Shown here one piece after another: positions 28,665 to 44,012 of a stretch of 64,000 bases of DNA. The stretch is from Octopus vulgaris (Eukaryota). The position numbers and the translations under genes were made by a program. Below the pieces are notes generated by a model that saw nothing but the letters and a program-made list of their open reading frames with translations, did not search any database and was not told the DNA's origin. The stretch is from NCBI GenBank assembly GCA_951406725.2, contig OX597821.1:35464001-35528000 (forward strand). Direction: 5' to 3'. Within the stretch, counting starts at the first letter, position 1, and the number at the start of each line of letters is the position of its first letter.

Positions 28665-28930
28665 TATATTTGTATATGTATCTCTCTCTATATATATAAT
28701 ATATTATATTTGTATATGTATCTCTCTCTCTATATATATAATATATTATATTTGTATATGTATCTCTCTCTCTATATATATAATATATTATATTTGTATA
28801 TGTATCTCTCTCTCTATATATATAATATATTATATTTGTTTATGTATCTCTCTCTCTATATATATAATATATTATATTTGTATATATATATCTCTCTATA
28901 TATATATAATATATTATATTTGTGTATATA
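28600..28930. repeat. ~42-bp minisatellite, about 7 copies
   Basis: Unit tatatatataatatattatatttgtatatgtatctctctctc. Confidence 0.85.
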
Positions 28931-29059
28931 TATATACAGAAATGTAATATATTATACATACATATATATAGACACAAATATAATATATTATACACACCCA
29001 TATATATATATACATATATGTATTAATATATATTATTCATTCATTTATATACATATCGG

Positions 29060-29091
<32 letters not shown>

Positions 29092-29190
29092 CCTATATAT
29101 ATATATTGATATATACATATATACGCATGCATATATATGTATGTATGTGTGTATATATATATATACATACACAAATGTATGTATGTATGG

Positions 29191-29265
<75 letters not shown>

Positions 29266-29267
<2 letters not shown>

Positions 29268-29887
29268 GTAATGCCTTGATTTACGAGTTAATTTGTTTCC
29301 AGTAACAGCTGGTAAAGTGAAAACTAGTAAATCAGAGAATTAATTTCCCATAGTAGCAATGCTATAAATCGTAAATCGTACGCAGAAAAATATTTTACAT
29401 ATAAACTTTATAATGTATTATAAAGTTTATATGTAAAATATTTTATATATTTATATGTAAAATATTACGGGTATGTAAATAAATGGCACGGTAGATAAAT
29501 AAAACAACGGTAGATAAATAAAACAACGGTAGATATAGAGACTTTGTGAGAATAAAGAGAATGTGAAGATTATTTGTAATAAAAATTATCATTAGAATCG
29601 TTTCCTGAAACACTTTCACTCGATCTTGATTCACGCATGACTCTAGACTCTAGTAGACTCACGTCTCTAGATTCGTAGAGCGATTTTCTTTTTGAAAATC
29701 AAGTCAAGAATTTTTATTTATAAGCTTTTTCTCGCTCTGTATAAATTTCTCGGTAAGACGCAGAAGCATTTGCTATGGTAGTAGAAATTTCTGCTCATCG
29801 TTCAAAAGTTGGATCTTTTGCTTGAAAAATAAAACTCTTAAACTCGGGGACTCTTAAATCAGGCACTCGTAAAGTGAGGTATTACTG
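29266..29887. mobile_element. Non-autonomous pogo/Tigger-like DNA transposon
   Basis: Imperfect 23-bp TIRs: CAGTAATGCCTTGATTTACGAGT versus CAGTAATACCTCACTTTACGAGT (reverse complement of right end); TA TSD degraded. Confidence 0.65.
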
Positions 29888-29894
29888 TTTATTC

Positions 29895-30395
<501 letters not shown>

Positions 30396-30859
30396 TATGC
30401 TAATAGTTGTTAGGATTCCCGGATTTAACCCAGGCAAAACGGATTCGTTTTTATGCATGGCAGCGCATTACTTTTATATTTTAGGTGCCTGCATATCTGC
30501 ATGTATAATTACCTCGCTTTGTCGTCCCGGTAATTTCGATTCAGTCCTACATCACGGCAACTTGAGCTGTTGTTTCTTTCCATGGCACCGAGACAGCCGA
30601 TGTCTTGTGAGTGAATTCGATAGATTAAATCGAGTCATTTAATTATAATCTAGACAATGGTCGAGTATTCCTCAGACGTGTATATTGTTTACGTCAAAAT
30701 CATAGTGACAGGGTTTGTGACAATTGTAATACAGGGTATATGGGCTAAATTTGACAGTTTGCATAAAAGAGAAACAAAACACAATATAATATCCCAAAAT
30801 GAAGTATTTTAAAAAATAAAAAAAAGATTTGAAATAGATTATGGCAGCTCGATAATAGT

Positions 30860-31600
30860 TTACTCAAAGCAGCTGTCCACAATGTCCACCACAGCCTGAA
30901 CAGAACTCCTGACTTTGACATATTCGTTGGTAACTGTGTTCCTGGAAGGATATTCAAACCGCTTCTTGATCTTGGAAGTCAGCTAGGCCTTGGTGTTGCA
31001 GTCAGAGAGGTTGGTATCTTTCTCAACTGCGCCCCACGGTTTGGGATTACAATCGGGGAAATTTGGAGGCCAGAAATTGGGGCTGGTGAAGTAAGGAGTC
31101 AAGTACTGTAGCTACACATATCGATTTCTCGTAGCAACTCCAACCTGGAATTAACCACAGTATCCACCATTACGCATGCTCAGCTGAATTGAACATAGGC
31201 CCTTGTTGTATGATGGGATAATGAATACCGGTGTGCAGGTGAATTTGGAACTCCCGCTGTGTCCTTTCCTACTGGAAGGGACACGGCTTCATAGTCTCCA
31301 TTGCAGCTGTCCATGTCATATCTTACTGCATTTAATACCCATCTCAAATCCTCATGATATAGGTAACACTTTTCCAATATTCAAATGAACTTCCGATTCT
31401 CCTTGTCAACTGACATTTTTCTCAACTACAACTTTAATTTTTATACTCTCGAACACCGTCGACTGTTACCCAATACACCGAGCTGTACCTCAGGAAAAAA
31501 ATATAATAAAAGCGACATAAAACAAACGGCCAACTCTAGACTGAACACTGTATATCCGACTGGCTTCTAAACTGTTCACGTCCACCCAAATATACAACAG
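30860..31600 (-). mobile_element. Degraded Tc1/mariner transposase
   Basis: FTSPNFWPPNFPDCNP..WGAVEKDTN..CNTKA*L..KIK. Confidence 0.7.
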
Positions 31601-32009
31601 TTGCGATAATAACAGACCCATGCCCAGATGCTCAGACTGAGGGGTAGTGTAATTACCCTTGGTACCTTATGATTGCAAAATGAAGTTTGTAATTACATTA
31701 CAATTGTGATTTTCACCACCATTTGTGCAGTTGATCAGTGGGGTCGCTGTAATTGACTTACCCATACCCCTAAAATTGCTGGTCTTGTGCCAAAATCAAT
31801 ATATATGTTTCCTTCGACATCTCTGTGCCCCCAAACGCACCCAATCTTTACTTTCCTCTCCGTCACCCTCACTTTCACTATCTCACGCTCAGATTTCATC
31901 TCGTTCATTCGTTTCTTATGGTGTTTGAACAATTTCGCTATCATTTTCTTTATTGGAACTTCATTTTATTTAATTCATTTCTGCATTTTTCCCTTTATTT
32001 ATCTCAGGA

Positions 32010-32315
32010 CCTTCTTCTTCTTCTTCTTCTTCTTCTTCTTCTTCTTCTTCTTCTTCTTCTTCTTCTTCTTCTTCTTCTTCTTCTTCTTCTTTCTTCTTCT
32101 TCTTCTTCTTCTTCTTTCTTCTTCTTCTTCTTCTTTCTTCTTTCTTCTTCTTTTCTTCTTCTTCTTCTTCTTCTTCTTCTTCTTCTTCTTCTTCTTTTCT
32201 TCTTCTTCTTCTTCTTCTTCTTCTTCTTCTTCTTCTTCTTCTTCTTCTTTCTTCTTTCTTCTTCTTCTTCTTCTTCTTCTTTCTTTTTCTTCTTCTTCTT
32301 TCTTCTTCTTCTCTG
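32010..32315. repeat. (CTT)n array
   Basis: Direct reading. Confidence 0.95.
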
Positions 32316-32929
32316 CCATGACTACTGTTGTCGTCATCGGCATCAGGCACCACCAGCAGCAGCTACTGTTCTGCTGCAGCATCACCGCCGCCACCCCCAC
32401 CCCCACCCCTACCACCCCCACAGCGATCGGTGTCATCAACATTAGTATAATTAGTGAAACGAATCTGTCACTTCTACGTCTTTGCTAGACTTGTCAGAAA
32501 CAGTAGAAAAATTACCTCATATCGCATGGTAAGATCTTCAAGAAAATGATGTATACATAGTATAATGTGATCCAAGATGCACTATTTATGACTGAAAAAA
32601 TAAATATAGTGAATACAACGGAAAACACTTTTGATAATTAACTTGTTTAGTCAGGCCCACCTACAATTAAACAATGAAAATATTTTCTTTTGCATATTCT
32701 TCTCCACTCCGTCCTTCTTCTTTTCACCTTTTCTCTTTCTCCCTTTATTTCCACCTTTACATTTTCTTTGTCCTCATCGGATTCATTCACATTACCACCA
32801 CAGTCCAATACCAAAGTTACCGTTCCCTTTGTTTCACTTTCTTGTTGCTAAATAAAATTTCGGGGAAAAACTAAAAACATATGTATTATAATTTAGTGTG
32901 ACTTTGACAATATCAATTCAAAGTTATTA

Positions 32930-33585
32930 GTCTTTCTGCAATTTTTAGTTTGTCGATCCCAGGGACAAAAATGAAAAGATTGTTCTTTCTCCTCACTCTG
33001 GATGTCCCAGTATATAACTGATCGTGTGAGAAACATTCCTCTTCTAATTGCATACCAGCAACTTTCAAAATCTGACTCTGGAACTTATTAATGGACATCG
33101 CTTAAACAGACGTATTGGAAATTCAAGTCATTTGAACTCGAATGCCATATTGGAAGGTATTATATGTAAGCGTGGAATATAAACATCTTCACCTTTTCCA
33201 GTCAGAAATTATTGTGGGTTGTATGACATTTCTCATTAATTTCTTGACAAATCTTGTGCTATTGCACAGCTTTGGTTGAGAAAGGTTGCGCAGAAGCATG
33301 ATTGGAGTGCCTATTTTCAATGAAAGGCAAATGAGGATGAGCCCCTAGTGGCTGCCTTGAGTTTAAGAACTTAACCGGATAATTGACTATTTCGGATTCA
33401 TCCACAACAGAGATTTGTATAGATTTGTAAGTATGTTACTTTTCTGGTAAAAGATTCTCGAGTCTTCCATTTCAATTATTCACAGAAACGTCCTTTGGTG
33501 CCATGATGGCTCTTTCGCACAAGCAAGCAGCATTTGTGTAATTTGAAATTATACTTGGAAAAACGTTGGCAATAACTTCCTCAAC
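32930..33585 (-). pseudogene. Pif1-like helicase fragment, probably Helitron RepHel C-terminus
   Basis: [23 protein letters not shown] and AMSINKFQSQILKVAGMQLEEECFSHDQLY.GTSRV; stops and frameshifts. Confidence 0.8.
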
Positions 33586-33614
33586 ATACATTATATATGG
33601 ATAAGGCGAGCAAG

Positions 33615-33695
<81 letters not shown>

Positions 33696-33709
33696 CATAT
33701 CTATCTATA

Positions 33710-33811
<102 letters not shown>

Positions 33812-33864
33812 CCAGTCTGTCTGTGTGTCTGTCCGTCTGTCTGATTGTATATCAATCTATCTAC

Positions 33865-33899
<35 letters not shown>

Positions 33900-34089
33900 C
33901 CAGTCTGTCTGTGTGTCTGTCCGTCTGTCTGATTGTATATCAATCTATCTTAATATTTGCTATTCATCTCTTATGTCTACCGTCTATTATATATAAATGC
34001 AATTGATTCAATAATTAAAATGCATTTTATAACTGATAATTCCATACATTATATATGGATAAGGCGAGCAAGATCGGCCTAGAGGGCAA

Positions 34090-34225
34090 TTGACACTGAT
34101 GCTCCATTAGTATATATTTTATCGAAAGGATGAATGGCTAAGTCGACCGTGGTGGAATTTGAAGTAAAGTCTGACGAAATGTATTTTGCGCGGCGTGATA
34201 ACGATTTACCCAAGTTCACCGCCGT
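34090..34225 (-). mobile_element. SINE family A, diverged
   Basis: aaaggatgaatggctaagtcgacc..ggaatttgaa..ctgacgaaat..caagttcaccgcc. Confidence 0.65.
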
Positions 34226-34540
34226 ATAACGTTGCTAGGAAAAGAAAATTGTGAAGGCTTCGAAAGACCTAGGTTTAAAGAAAGGGTTAAAAGAGAAAAA
34301 TTCGAAGGTTTTATCTATGTTTATGAACCTGTAATTAACGAATGAAAAACGAATATATAGCGCGTGTGTTTATTTACAAAAAAAAAGACAAACATCATAA
34401 TAATTATCGTCCCGAAATACAATACACACACACAGACAAACACACACACACACACACATACACACACACACATATATATATATATATACATACATACATA
34501 CATACATACATACATACATACATACATACATACATACATG

Positions 34541-34599
<59 letters not shown>

Positions 34600-34677
34600 T
34601 TATCATTTCTCCACGTGCGGTAACACAACCCCACCATTTATTGATCTATATATATACATATATATATTTATATATAG

Positions 34678-34850
34678 TCGCAGGCGTGGCTGTGTGGTTT
34701 AGAAGTTTGCTTCCAACCACATAGTTCCGGGTTCAGTGCCACACTTCGTGGCACCTTGGGCAGGTGTCTTCTACTATAGCCTCGTGAATGGATTTGGTAG
34801 ACGGAAACTGAAAGAATCCTGTTGTATATATATACATATATATGTATATA

Positions 34851-34919
<69 letters not shown>

Positions 34920-34924
34920 GTACA

Positions 34925-34955
<31 letters not shown>

Positions 34956-35173
34956 GTATATGTTTGTGTGTCTGTGTTTGTTGCCCCCACACCGTCACTT
35001 GACAACCGGAGTTGATGTGTTACGTCCCCGTAACCTAGTGGTTCGGCAAAAGAGACCGATAGAATAAGTTCTAGGCTTACAATGAATAAGTCGCGGGGTT
35101 GACTTTTCCGACTAAAGGTGGTGCTCCAGCATAGCCGCAGTCGAATGACTGAAACAAGTAAAAAGAATAAAAG

Positions 35174-35175
<2 letters not shown>
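34678..35175 (+). mobile_element. SINE family B, full length
   Basis: Colinear with 23185-23600. Confidence 0.85.
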
Positions 35176-35261
<86 letters not shown>

Positions 35262-35339
35262 AGACACACATACACGAGCATATGTGTGTGTGTCAATGTG
35301 AGCGTATGCATACATACACGCATATATATCCACAAGGTA

Positions 35340-36287
35340 GTATATCTCCTGTTACAGCTCTCTATTTATCTTACTTTCCACCCCGCTTTCCTATTCTCGT
35401 TCGCCCTGCCCTCTCTTTATTTGCCTCTCTCTCTCTCTCTCTCTCTTCTCACTCTCTTTCCCTGTTTCTCTTTCACTTCGCTTTTTGAAATTTATTTATT
35501 TATATTCACCTTTGTCTTTATAATGTTATGTATGTTTCTTTATCCTATTCTTACTTTCATTCTGAATCCTCCCCCTAACATAAACTTCTCTATTTCCCTT
35601 GCGTCAGACTTTTTGTCGCTCTCTTACTTTCATACCTTATTCAATTCTTTCTTTCCCTCTTATCACCTTCTCTCTCACTCTTTTACTTTCTATGTATCTA
35701 CTTTTCTTTCTCACTCCCCCTCTCGCATTGTCTAATCCTATTCACACTAACATTTTTGTCTCATTCAGAGTGGTACCGGTTTCCCTCTCTTAGCGTCTTT
35801 TTCTCCTTTTTCCCTCCAAATCATTCCTTGCTTTCATCTCTACCCGCTTCTCATACATTATCCATCTTTTTTTGGGGGGGTATAAAAGTCTCTTTCTTTC
35901 TCTTTTTGTAACTTGTCCTTCTTTTCCTATTCTAATATATAGAATGATATATATTTCTCGTATTGTCTTTTCTCCGCATTATATTTTACTACCTCAAACA
36001 ATATGTTTTCCTTCAGCACGACTTTCTTCTTCCCTGCCTCATTAAACATCGCATCTCGTACTTTTCCTTTCCATCACACATAGACACGTAAACACACCCA
36101 GTCTCTCTCTCTTTCTCCTCTTCATCTATCTATCTATCTATCTATCTATCTGTCTATCTATCTATCTTTCTTTCTTTCTATCTTTCTATCTCTATCTATC
36201 TGTCTGTCTCTCTGTCTATCTATCTATCTATCTATCTATCCATCTATCTATCTATCTATCTATCTATCTACTTATCTATCTACTTAC

Positions 36288-36353
<66 letters not shown>

Positions 36354-37323
36354 CTATATCTATGTTGTGTTAAACTGTTCTAACCACAACCCATGACACA
36401 TAATATGTCCCTTAGTTCTGAATCTACTTAGATTATTCTCCTCCTCTTTGGATAAATTGCCTATGCACTCACATTCTCAACCCTAGCAAGTTCTACTTTC
36501 ACTATCGTTTCGGGCACATCTCAATTAGCAGTTAACCTTTTACGCATATTTGTTTACTTCTTATACGCCTCGCTCATCATTCCTCCGTTTCTTTCTGTCT
36601 TCTAATCGACTTACATGCATGCATACATAGACACATACATACATACATACATATACATGCATGCGCGCACACTCACAAACACAGACAAATATATGGTTCC
36701 CGGTACCCCTTTTTCCTCCACCTTCCTTCCTTCCTTCCTTCTCTGTTTATTTCTATCTTACTTTTCCTTCATCTCTTTTTCTATTCTTAATCATTCATTT
36801 CCTTGTTTATTCGTGTTCACAAATACGAGGCGCGAAACCATCGTTTCTAAGCTTTCTTTCTCCACCCCACCCCCCATAATTCGCTCTCTTTTCCCCTCAC
36901 TCTTGCATGCTTTCTCTCTCTTCTTTTCCTTTCTTATAACTCTAACTGTCTCAGAAGATCTCTCTCTCTTTCTAACTCTAACTCTTTCTCTCTCTCTTTC
37001 TCCTTGTCTCTCTCTCCTTCTGTCTCACTTATATTTTGCCTCACTCTAAGTCGCATCTCACATTTTTGCTCTCGCACTCTCCTTCTCACACATATCAACT
37101 CATTCATTTCCTCCTTCTCCCTATCACACTCCACGATCACTCATATATTTGATTACGAAAGCAGGCATGCATGCACGCACGCATGCACACATACATGCAT
37201 GCACGCACACATTATTGCACTAACACACAGCATATAACGACGACACAGCTCTACACGTGTATTTCATTCTTCCCTCGTTTATTCTGTTTTTGTAAAAATA
37301 TACAGACTGTTTGGTACCAACAT

Positions 37324-37372
<49 letters not shown>

Positions 37373-38280
37373 GTTCTCTCTTTCTCTCTCTCTCTCTCAC
37401 TATCGTTCTCTCTTTCTCTCAGTCTAGCTATATATCTGTCTTCAACATATATATCTTACATTTTTCTATTGCTCTCCACTCTCTCCCTCTTACTCTCTCT
37501 CTCTCAGCCCGCGCTCAGTTTGTCTTATTATCGTATATTTTTCTCTTGCTGTCGGTTTTCCTTCTCTCCTTCTTCTTCTTTAGTCATTTTTTCGTCTTTA
37601 TATATCTTGTTAACTCTTTTCCCGTTCCATAATTTATCATTCTCTTCTCCCCTCTGTCTGTCTCTCTCTCTCTCACGTTCATCCTCTCTCACTTCCTCTA
37701 ACTTCATGCCTTTTTTTATGTAATTTTATTTTCCGTCATTTTGTCTCTTTCCATTTCCTATCTCCTCAACCTCACTATTTTCATATATTTGTTTACATAT
37801 CAGTCTGCTAGTGTATATATACCATTATATGTAACTCTCCTGCCCTTTTATTTAACTCTCTGTATCTCACTGCACTCATTGTTCATCTCTCCCTCTCTCT
37901 CTCTCTCTCTCTCACTCACTCTCTATTGCTTTCTATCTCTTGTTCATTCCCTCCTTCACTCTCTCATTCTCTTCCTCTCTCTCTCTTTCTCTGTCCCTCT
38001 CTTACTTTCTCTCTTTCACTCGTGTGCGTCTTATTTCGTCTTTTCATCTTGCCTGTCTCCATTCTGTGCGCCTGTCTCTGTCTCAGAATATCAAAATATT
38101 TCTCTGTGTTGTCTGATTATATCCCTCTTGTATCAAATCATTCCCTCTCTCCCCATCTCTCTCACCCTCTGTCTCTCTCTCTCACTCACTCTGTCTCTCA
38201 CTCTGTGCCTGTTTCTCTTCCTCTCTATCTAGCTATCCATCTATACATCTACCTTTTTATCTCCAATTATTTCGATCGCT
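35340..38280. repeat. ~3-kb pyrimidine-rich (CT/TATC) low-complexity region
   Basis: Strong C/T strand bias on direct reading. Confidence 0.8.
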
Positions 38281-39140
38281 CACTTATAGTAGTTATATTG
38301 GCGATGTGTGGGACTTCGCACACATGTTAGAGTCAGAACTCTATGCGATATAAAGGCGTTAAACAATCTGTCTACATCTTTGGATTTCTACATGACGTAC
38401 TACTTGTTCCCCACTATAGCTTAATAGAAGGCATAGAGAAAAAGTAAAAGAAAAAATAATAAACAATCAAACGAGGCAAATATATAGTAATATTAATTGT
38501 ACACATTTTCTTTTGACCAACAAAAGAAATCCACCGAAACATAAAACAACAAAAATATAACTCCAGCCGCCGAAAAATTCAGGTGAGTATTTTTAAATAT
38601 TTACTTTCGTAATGTCAATTAAGAAGCAAAATATATACATATCGTTGTTTTGTACGTAAATGCCATCATTTCCGGGTGGTTTATTGCTCCGTCGCACGTA
38701 ACAGACAGAGTGTGCAGCCTGCTCAATGTTATCAAAGTCTAGTAGAAAGTCTATATAACACAATTCTTCATTATGTCTTCGGAAATAAATTTCATACGAA
38801 GAGTGACTAAGCCGTACACATCTGGTTTCATAAACAGCCACGCGCAACACATTCACAGAGCCATGTATGGACACACATCAACACACACACATACACACAC
38901 ATACAAAGAAATACACATATGCAAACGCATACACAAACACATGAACATCAGTTTCATTAAAGGGAAACATAAAATGGGTTCTAATCCATCGATCACCTAG
39001 TTTATCAATCAATATCTCTATCAACCTCTCCGTCTCCGTGTCTCCCTCTCTAAATATGTGCGTATGACTGCTCGTGGATGAACGTATGTGTGTAAGAGTG
39101 TAATGCACAGACACATATATGTTTGCACACACACACACGC

Positions 39141-39197
<57 letters not shown>

Positions 39198-39453
39198 CAT
39201 GTATATATACATATATGCATATATATTCATATATGCATATATATATATTTATATCTATATATGCATATATACATATACATACATATACGCATATATATAT
39301 ATATTTTTATATATAAATGCTTATATGCATATGCATATGTATACTTATATACATATATAAATACATACGTACATATCTACGCCTGTGCATTCTGCTCTTA
39401 CACACATACAATAACACACAAGCAGATATGAGCACGCGCAGAGGCACGCACAA

Positions 39454-39492
<39 letters not shown>

Positions 39493-39988
39493 TATATATA
39501 TACACATATATACTTGAATTTCGAATGAGTAGACGTATCAATGTATCTATCCATCTCCCTTTCTCTCTCTATCTCCTCTCTGTTTTTCTGTTTCTGTCCC
39601 TGTATGCTTGTATATGTGTGTGTGTGTGTGTGTGTGAATGTGTAAGTATGGATGTACATGCATCATTCGGAGTTTGTAATTCACGCCGGTGATGCACAGG
39701 ATCTGCCTATATACAAGTGTTTTAGAGTAAACATAAGGAGATATATTAAGATTTAATTTTTCAGCCGAGTATACACAGAAATGCATGCATGTGCGCGAAT
39801 GCACACATACGCACAAACACACACACAAACACACGCCCACACATGCATCATATACTAATCAACTAATGTTTACATATATGCGTGTTTTCACACAAAAACA
39901 AACAACTCCTCACATACGTAAACTACTATCACAACACATGCAGTCATATAATGCAATGTAATCCAATATAACATATACATACATACAC

Positions 39989-40070
<82 letters not shown>

Positions 40071-40128
40071 GCATGCATGTGCATGCAGAAGCACACACGC
40101 ACCCATATATCCTTTAATAGTCACACAC

Positions 40129-40175
<47 letters not shown>

Positions 40176-40265
40176 AGAGAGAGAGAGAGAGATAGAGAGA
40201 TAGATAGATAGATAGATAGATAAATAGAGATAGATAGATAAATAGAGAGAGAGAGAGAGAGAGAA

Positions 40266-40338
<73 letters not shown>

Positions 40339-40903
40339 CATATGCGTATTAAGGATTGTATATGTAACGTTATATGCTTATAGTTACCGGCCTTCACAAT
40401 TGTGCAACCTACTTTATTGTGTATAGTTGTATGAGTGGTGTGATCTGTACGCAATAGTTATAGATTGGACCAGGAATACACATATACGCATATCTTTGTA
40501 TAATTGTGATTGTTTTGTAATGTCAGCCCTTGTTTTTGGGTTTTTTAAATATGCATAAATTCCCGGCATTTATCGGACATATCGATCCCAGATCTCGTTT
40601 TTGTTTGATGCTTATTTCGCTACATTTCTCTCACTGTAAAGTTGTTTTAACCGGTGGTGTTTTGCGGTGCTCATAAACAGAAACGTATACTCATGTACAG
40701 ACACAGAGACAAAGTCTGGTATAAACACACACACACACACACGTGTAAGTTTATATGTGTGTGTGTGTGTGTGTTAGTGAATATGTGTAGCTCGTATATG
40801 TGTATATGTAGGGATGAATATTTGTGTGCACGAGTCTATCTTTCTATGTGTGCGATTGTATGTGCGTTTGCGAGCATGTGTGAGTGCGTGTGGGTGTGTG
40901 GGA

Positions 40904-40949
<46 letters not shown>

Positions 40950-41170
40950 GCGGGTGTCTATATAACAGGTCCTAATTTATTTAAGCACACCTACACACTT
41001 GTGCTTTCCATTTAAATTGTATTAAATATATCGCACTGCACTACAAATGAAAAGAGAATAGAAGCAAGAAGAAGAAGAAGAAGAAGAAGAAGAAGAATGC
41101 TTGTGGTCGATTGCGGATTGATAATTTGATCGGATGATGTTCATGCTCTACTGAAGGATGTAAGTGACAC

Positions 41171-41234
<64 letters not shown>

Positions 41235-41256
41235 TGTATGTATATATGTATGTATG

Positions 41257-41290
<34 letters not shown>

Positions 41291-41349
41291 TGTATGTATG
41301 TATGTATGTATGTATATCTGTATGTATGTATGTATGTATATACAAGCAT

Positions 41350-41743
41350 ATATATCTCACATCACTTTCTAAATAGAAAAACAAATACATATACTACATT
41401 GCTAGTCCTATACAAACTGTTTCTAGGCCCAGTCATGTTTGATACAAGGTCGAGATTGATGCGCGTTAATCTGAACCCAAACAACGGCAAACCACGTTTT
41501 CATTCAAAACCCATCGGTGATGAGGTATAAACGGGGTCGTACTATCAGCTAGAAACCATTACCAAAGCTACCACAAATTACACACTCAATTCTAGAGTTT
41601 GAATAATGATTTCCAGTATATGGTTAGTGAGAGGAACAGAAGGGTTAATCATAACCGGACGCCATTCACTATACACGCTCAGAATATAATATCTTTGATT
41701 AATAAAGCAGTCGTAGGCTCTCGAGTGTTGCTTGTAGGTTATT

Positions 41744-41785
<42 letters not shown>

Positions 41786-42168
41786 CCGATTTATATATCA
41801 GAAATAACCTACAAGCAACAGTCGGGAGCCTATATCCGACTATATTAACCAAAGATGTTATATTCTGAGCGTGTATATTGAATGGCGTTCCGGTTATTAT
41901 TGACCCTTCTTTTCCTCTCACATTCTATATCTCGAAATCATTATCCGATTTCTAGAAGCGAGTGTGTAATTGGTGGCAGCTTTGGTAATGGTTCCTAGAT
42001 GATAGTACGACCCCGTTTATACATAATTACAGATGAATTTTCAATGTAAACGTGATTTGAATGAAAACATGCTTCAATCTCGACCTTGTATCAAACATGA
42101 CTGGTTTGTATAGGACTAGCTATATAGCATATGCTTTATTTTTCTATTTGGAAAGTCTTGTGAGATAC
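41350..42168. repeat. Foldback: ~400-bp imperfect inverted arms centred on (TA)n
   Basis: Examples: tgttgcttgtaggttatttctgata / tatcagaaataacctacaagcaaca; cagtcatgtttgatacaaggtcgagattga / tcaatctcgaccttgtatcaaacatgactg. Confidence 0.9.
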
Positions 42169-42344
42169 GAGGAGTTTTGTCGCTTTTTTGCCTTTCAAGA
42201 TCTCCGCCCTTCCTCGTCTGGTGCAATAAAAACAAAACTAAATAGAAGTTATACATGTACATAGGCATATGAATTTGCAGAAAGATGCATGTACGTTTAA
42301 ATAATATTCTGTCTTACCTGACACTGTGAGTAACTGTTCTACAC

Positions 42345-42418
<74 letters not shown>

Positions 42419-42559
42419 CTCTCTCTCTCTATCTCTCTCTCTCTCTATCTCTCTATCCCTCTCTCTCTCTCTATTCATCTATCCATCTATCCCCCCCTCT
42501 CTCTCTCTATCTATACATGTATATGGTGTGTATGTGTGAGTGTATATATGTATATGTTG

Positions 42560-42695
42560 GGGTAACGTGACGTAGTGGTTTGGGTGTTGTATTCACATAC
42601 GTATGATTGTAATTTTGATTCCTGAACCAGGTGATGCGTTGTATCTTTGAGCAAAACACTTCATTTCATGCTTCTCTAGTCCACTCCGCTGGCAA
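42560..42695 (+). mobile_element. tRNA-derived SINE family D, 5' part, diverged
   Basis: cgtgacgtagtggtt head, tttgattcctg B-box-like, ttgagcaaaacacttcatttc core. Confidence 0.55.
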
Positions 42696-42710
42696 AAAAA
42701 CTTCATGTTC

Positions 42711-42745
42711 CCCTCTGACGAAAGACCTTGTCCGAAACGTTAAAA
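42711..42745 (+). ncRNA. Degenerate minimal hammerhead-like motif
   Basis: CTGACGA aa GAC ctt GTC c GAAA cg TT; stem I does not pair. Confidence 0.35.
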
Positions 42746-43576
42746 TTCAAACCTTTTATCGTTCGAAGTATTTCATTTCCCTATACTAAATATGAGTGGT
42801 TCAATCGATTTCTACTGTTTCACTATTTACTGTTTAGCTTATTTTTTCAATCAGTCAATTCTTTTTTTAATATTATATGAGTCTAATGTAAAACACTAAA
42901 CCAACATGTATATGCATGTATCGTGTTATTTTTGTTCGTCAATTTATCTGTCGTTATATATTATGTATTTACGTTCATTGTATGTTTACATATCTACGCA
43001 TGCGTGCTAATTTACGTATTTGGTTTACATGAATGTTTTTACATTTTATATGCATAAGCCAATGCATAAAAAATAACAAGCAAATCTACGTCATATCATC
43101 TTAAAAATCAATCCCAAACTACGAAAAACTGTTAATAACATAGTCGTGAATATACTATGGGTAAGAAAAAATATGGGATGGTGGAGTAGTAGGGCTTTTG
43201 ATCACTATTCATTGGCATCTTTGTGAGAGTTTAATTGACTGCTTGTTAACACTCGCCTACATTTGAAAGAATATATGTTTTCATTTAACTTTCTTCTTTT
43301 TCTTAAATTTCTATAGAAATTTCTCTTTGATGTTCCCAATAACTTGCATTCGCTTGCCCCCCTATTTTGTGTCTCCTTTTCGCACTCGCTCCCTCTCTGT
43401 AACCCTTCTCGATATGAATCTAATTGTCTACCACAGTTGAAGTAACGGAGCGAAAAAAAGAAATGAAAAGAAAACAGTAAAATCTTCCACATGTATCTGT
43501 GTATAAAGTTTTTTTCTTGTTTAAGTGTGTCCTTATGCATACATACGTATAAGCAAAAGATACATGTATATGTATG

Positions 43577-43639
<63 letters not shown>

Positions 43640-43975
43640 ATGTATGTATAAATGTGTATACATGTACATGTATATATGACTATATATAAGAGAATGCACG
43701 CATGTGTGCATTCATGCGTGTATGTATTTTCAAGTATGTAAATAGGAATTTATGTAAGAACGCATGTATGTATCAGATTATATATGTTTGTATGTATGCA
43801 TGTACGTGAGAATAAGTGTACACTTACTTGGTTGCCGACCTCGATATGAGGCGGAAATAATTCTAGTAAATCCAGTTTTTCTTGAATGGCATTTTGCATA
43901 CCTCCCTTTATGATCGTGATCCCAATTTACGTTTTTGACTAATTAGGTACACTATTTGGTTCATTTTATGCATAA

Positions 43976-44012
<37 letters not shown>

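Noticed and set aside
28600-28930. Regularly spaced repeats as a CRISPR-like array
   Set aside because: Tandem units without unique spacers, in eukaryotic DNA.
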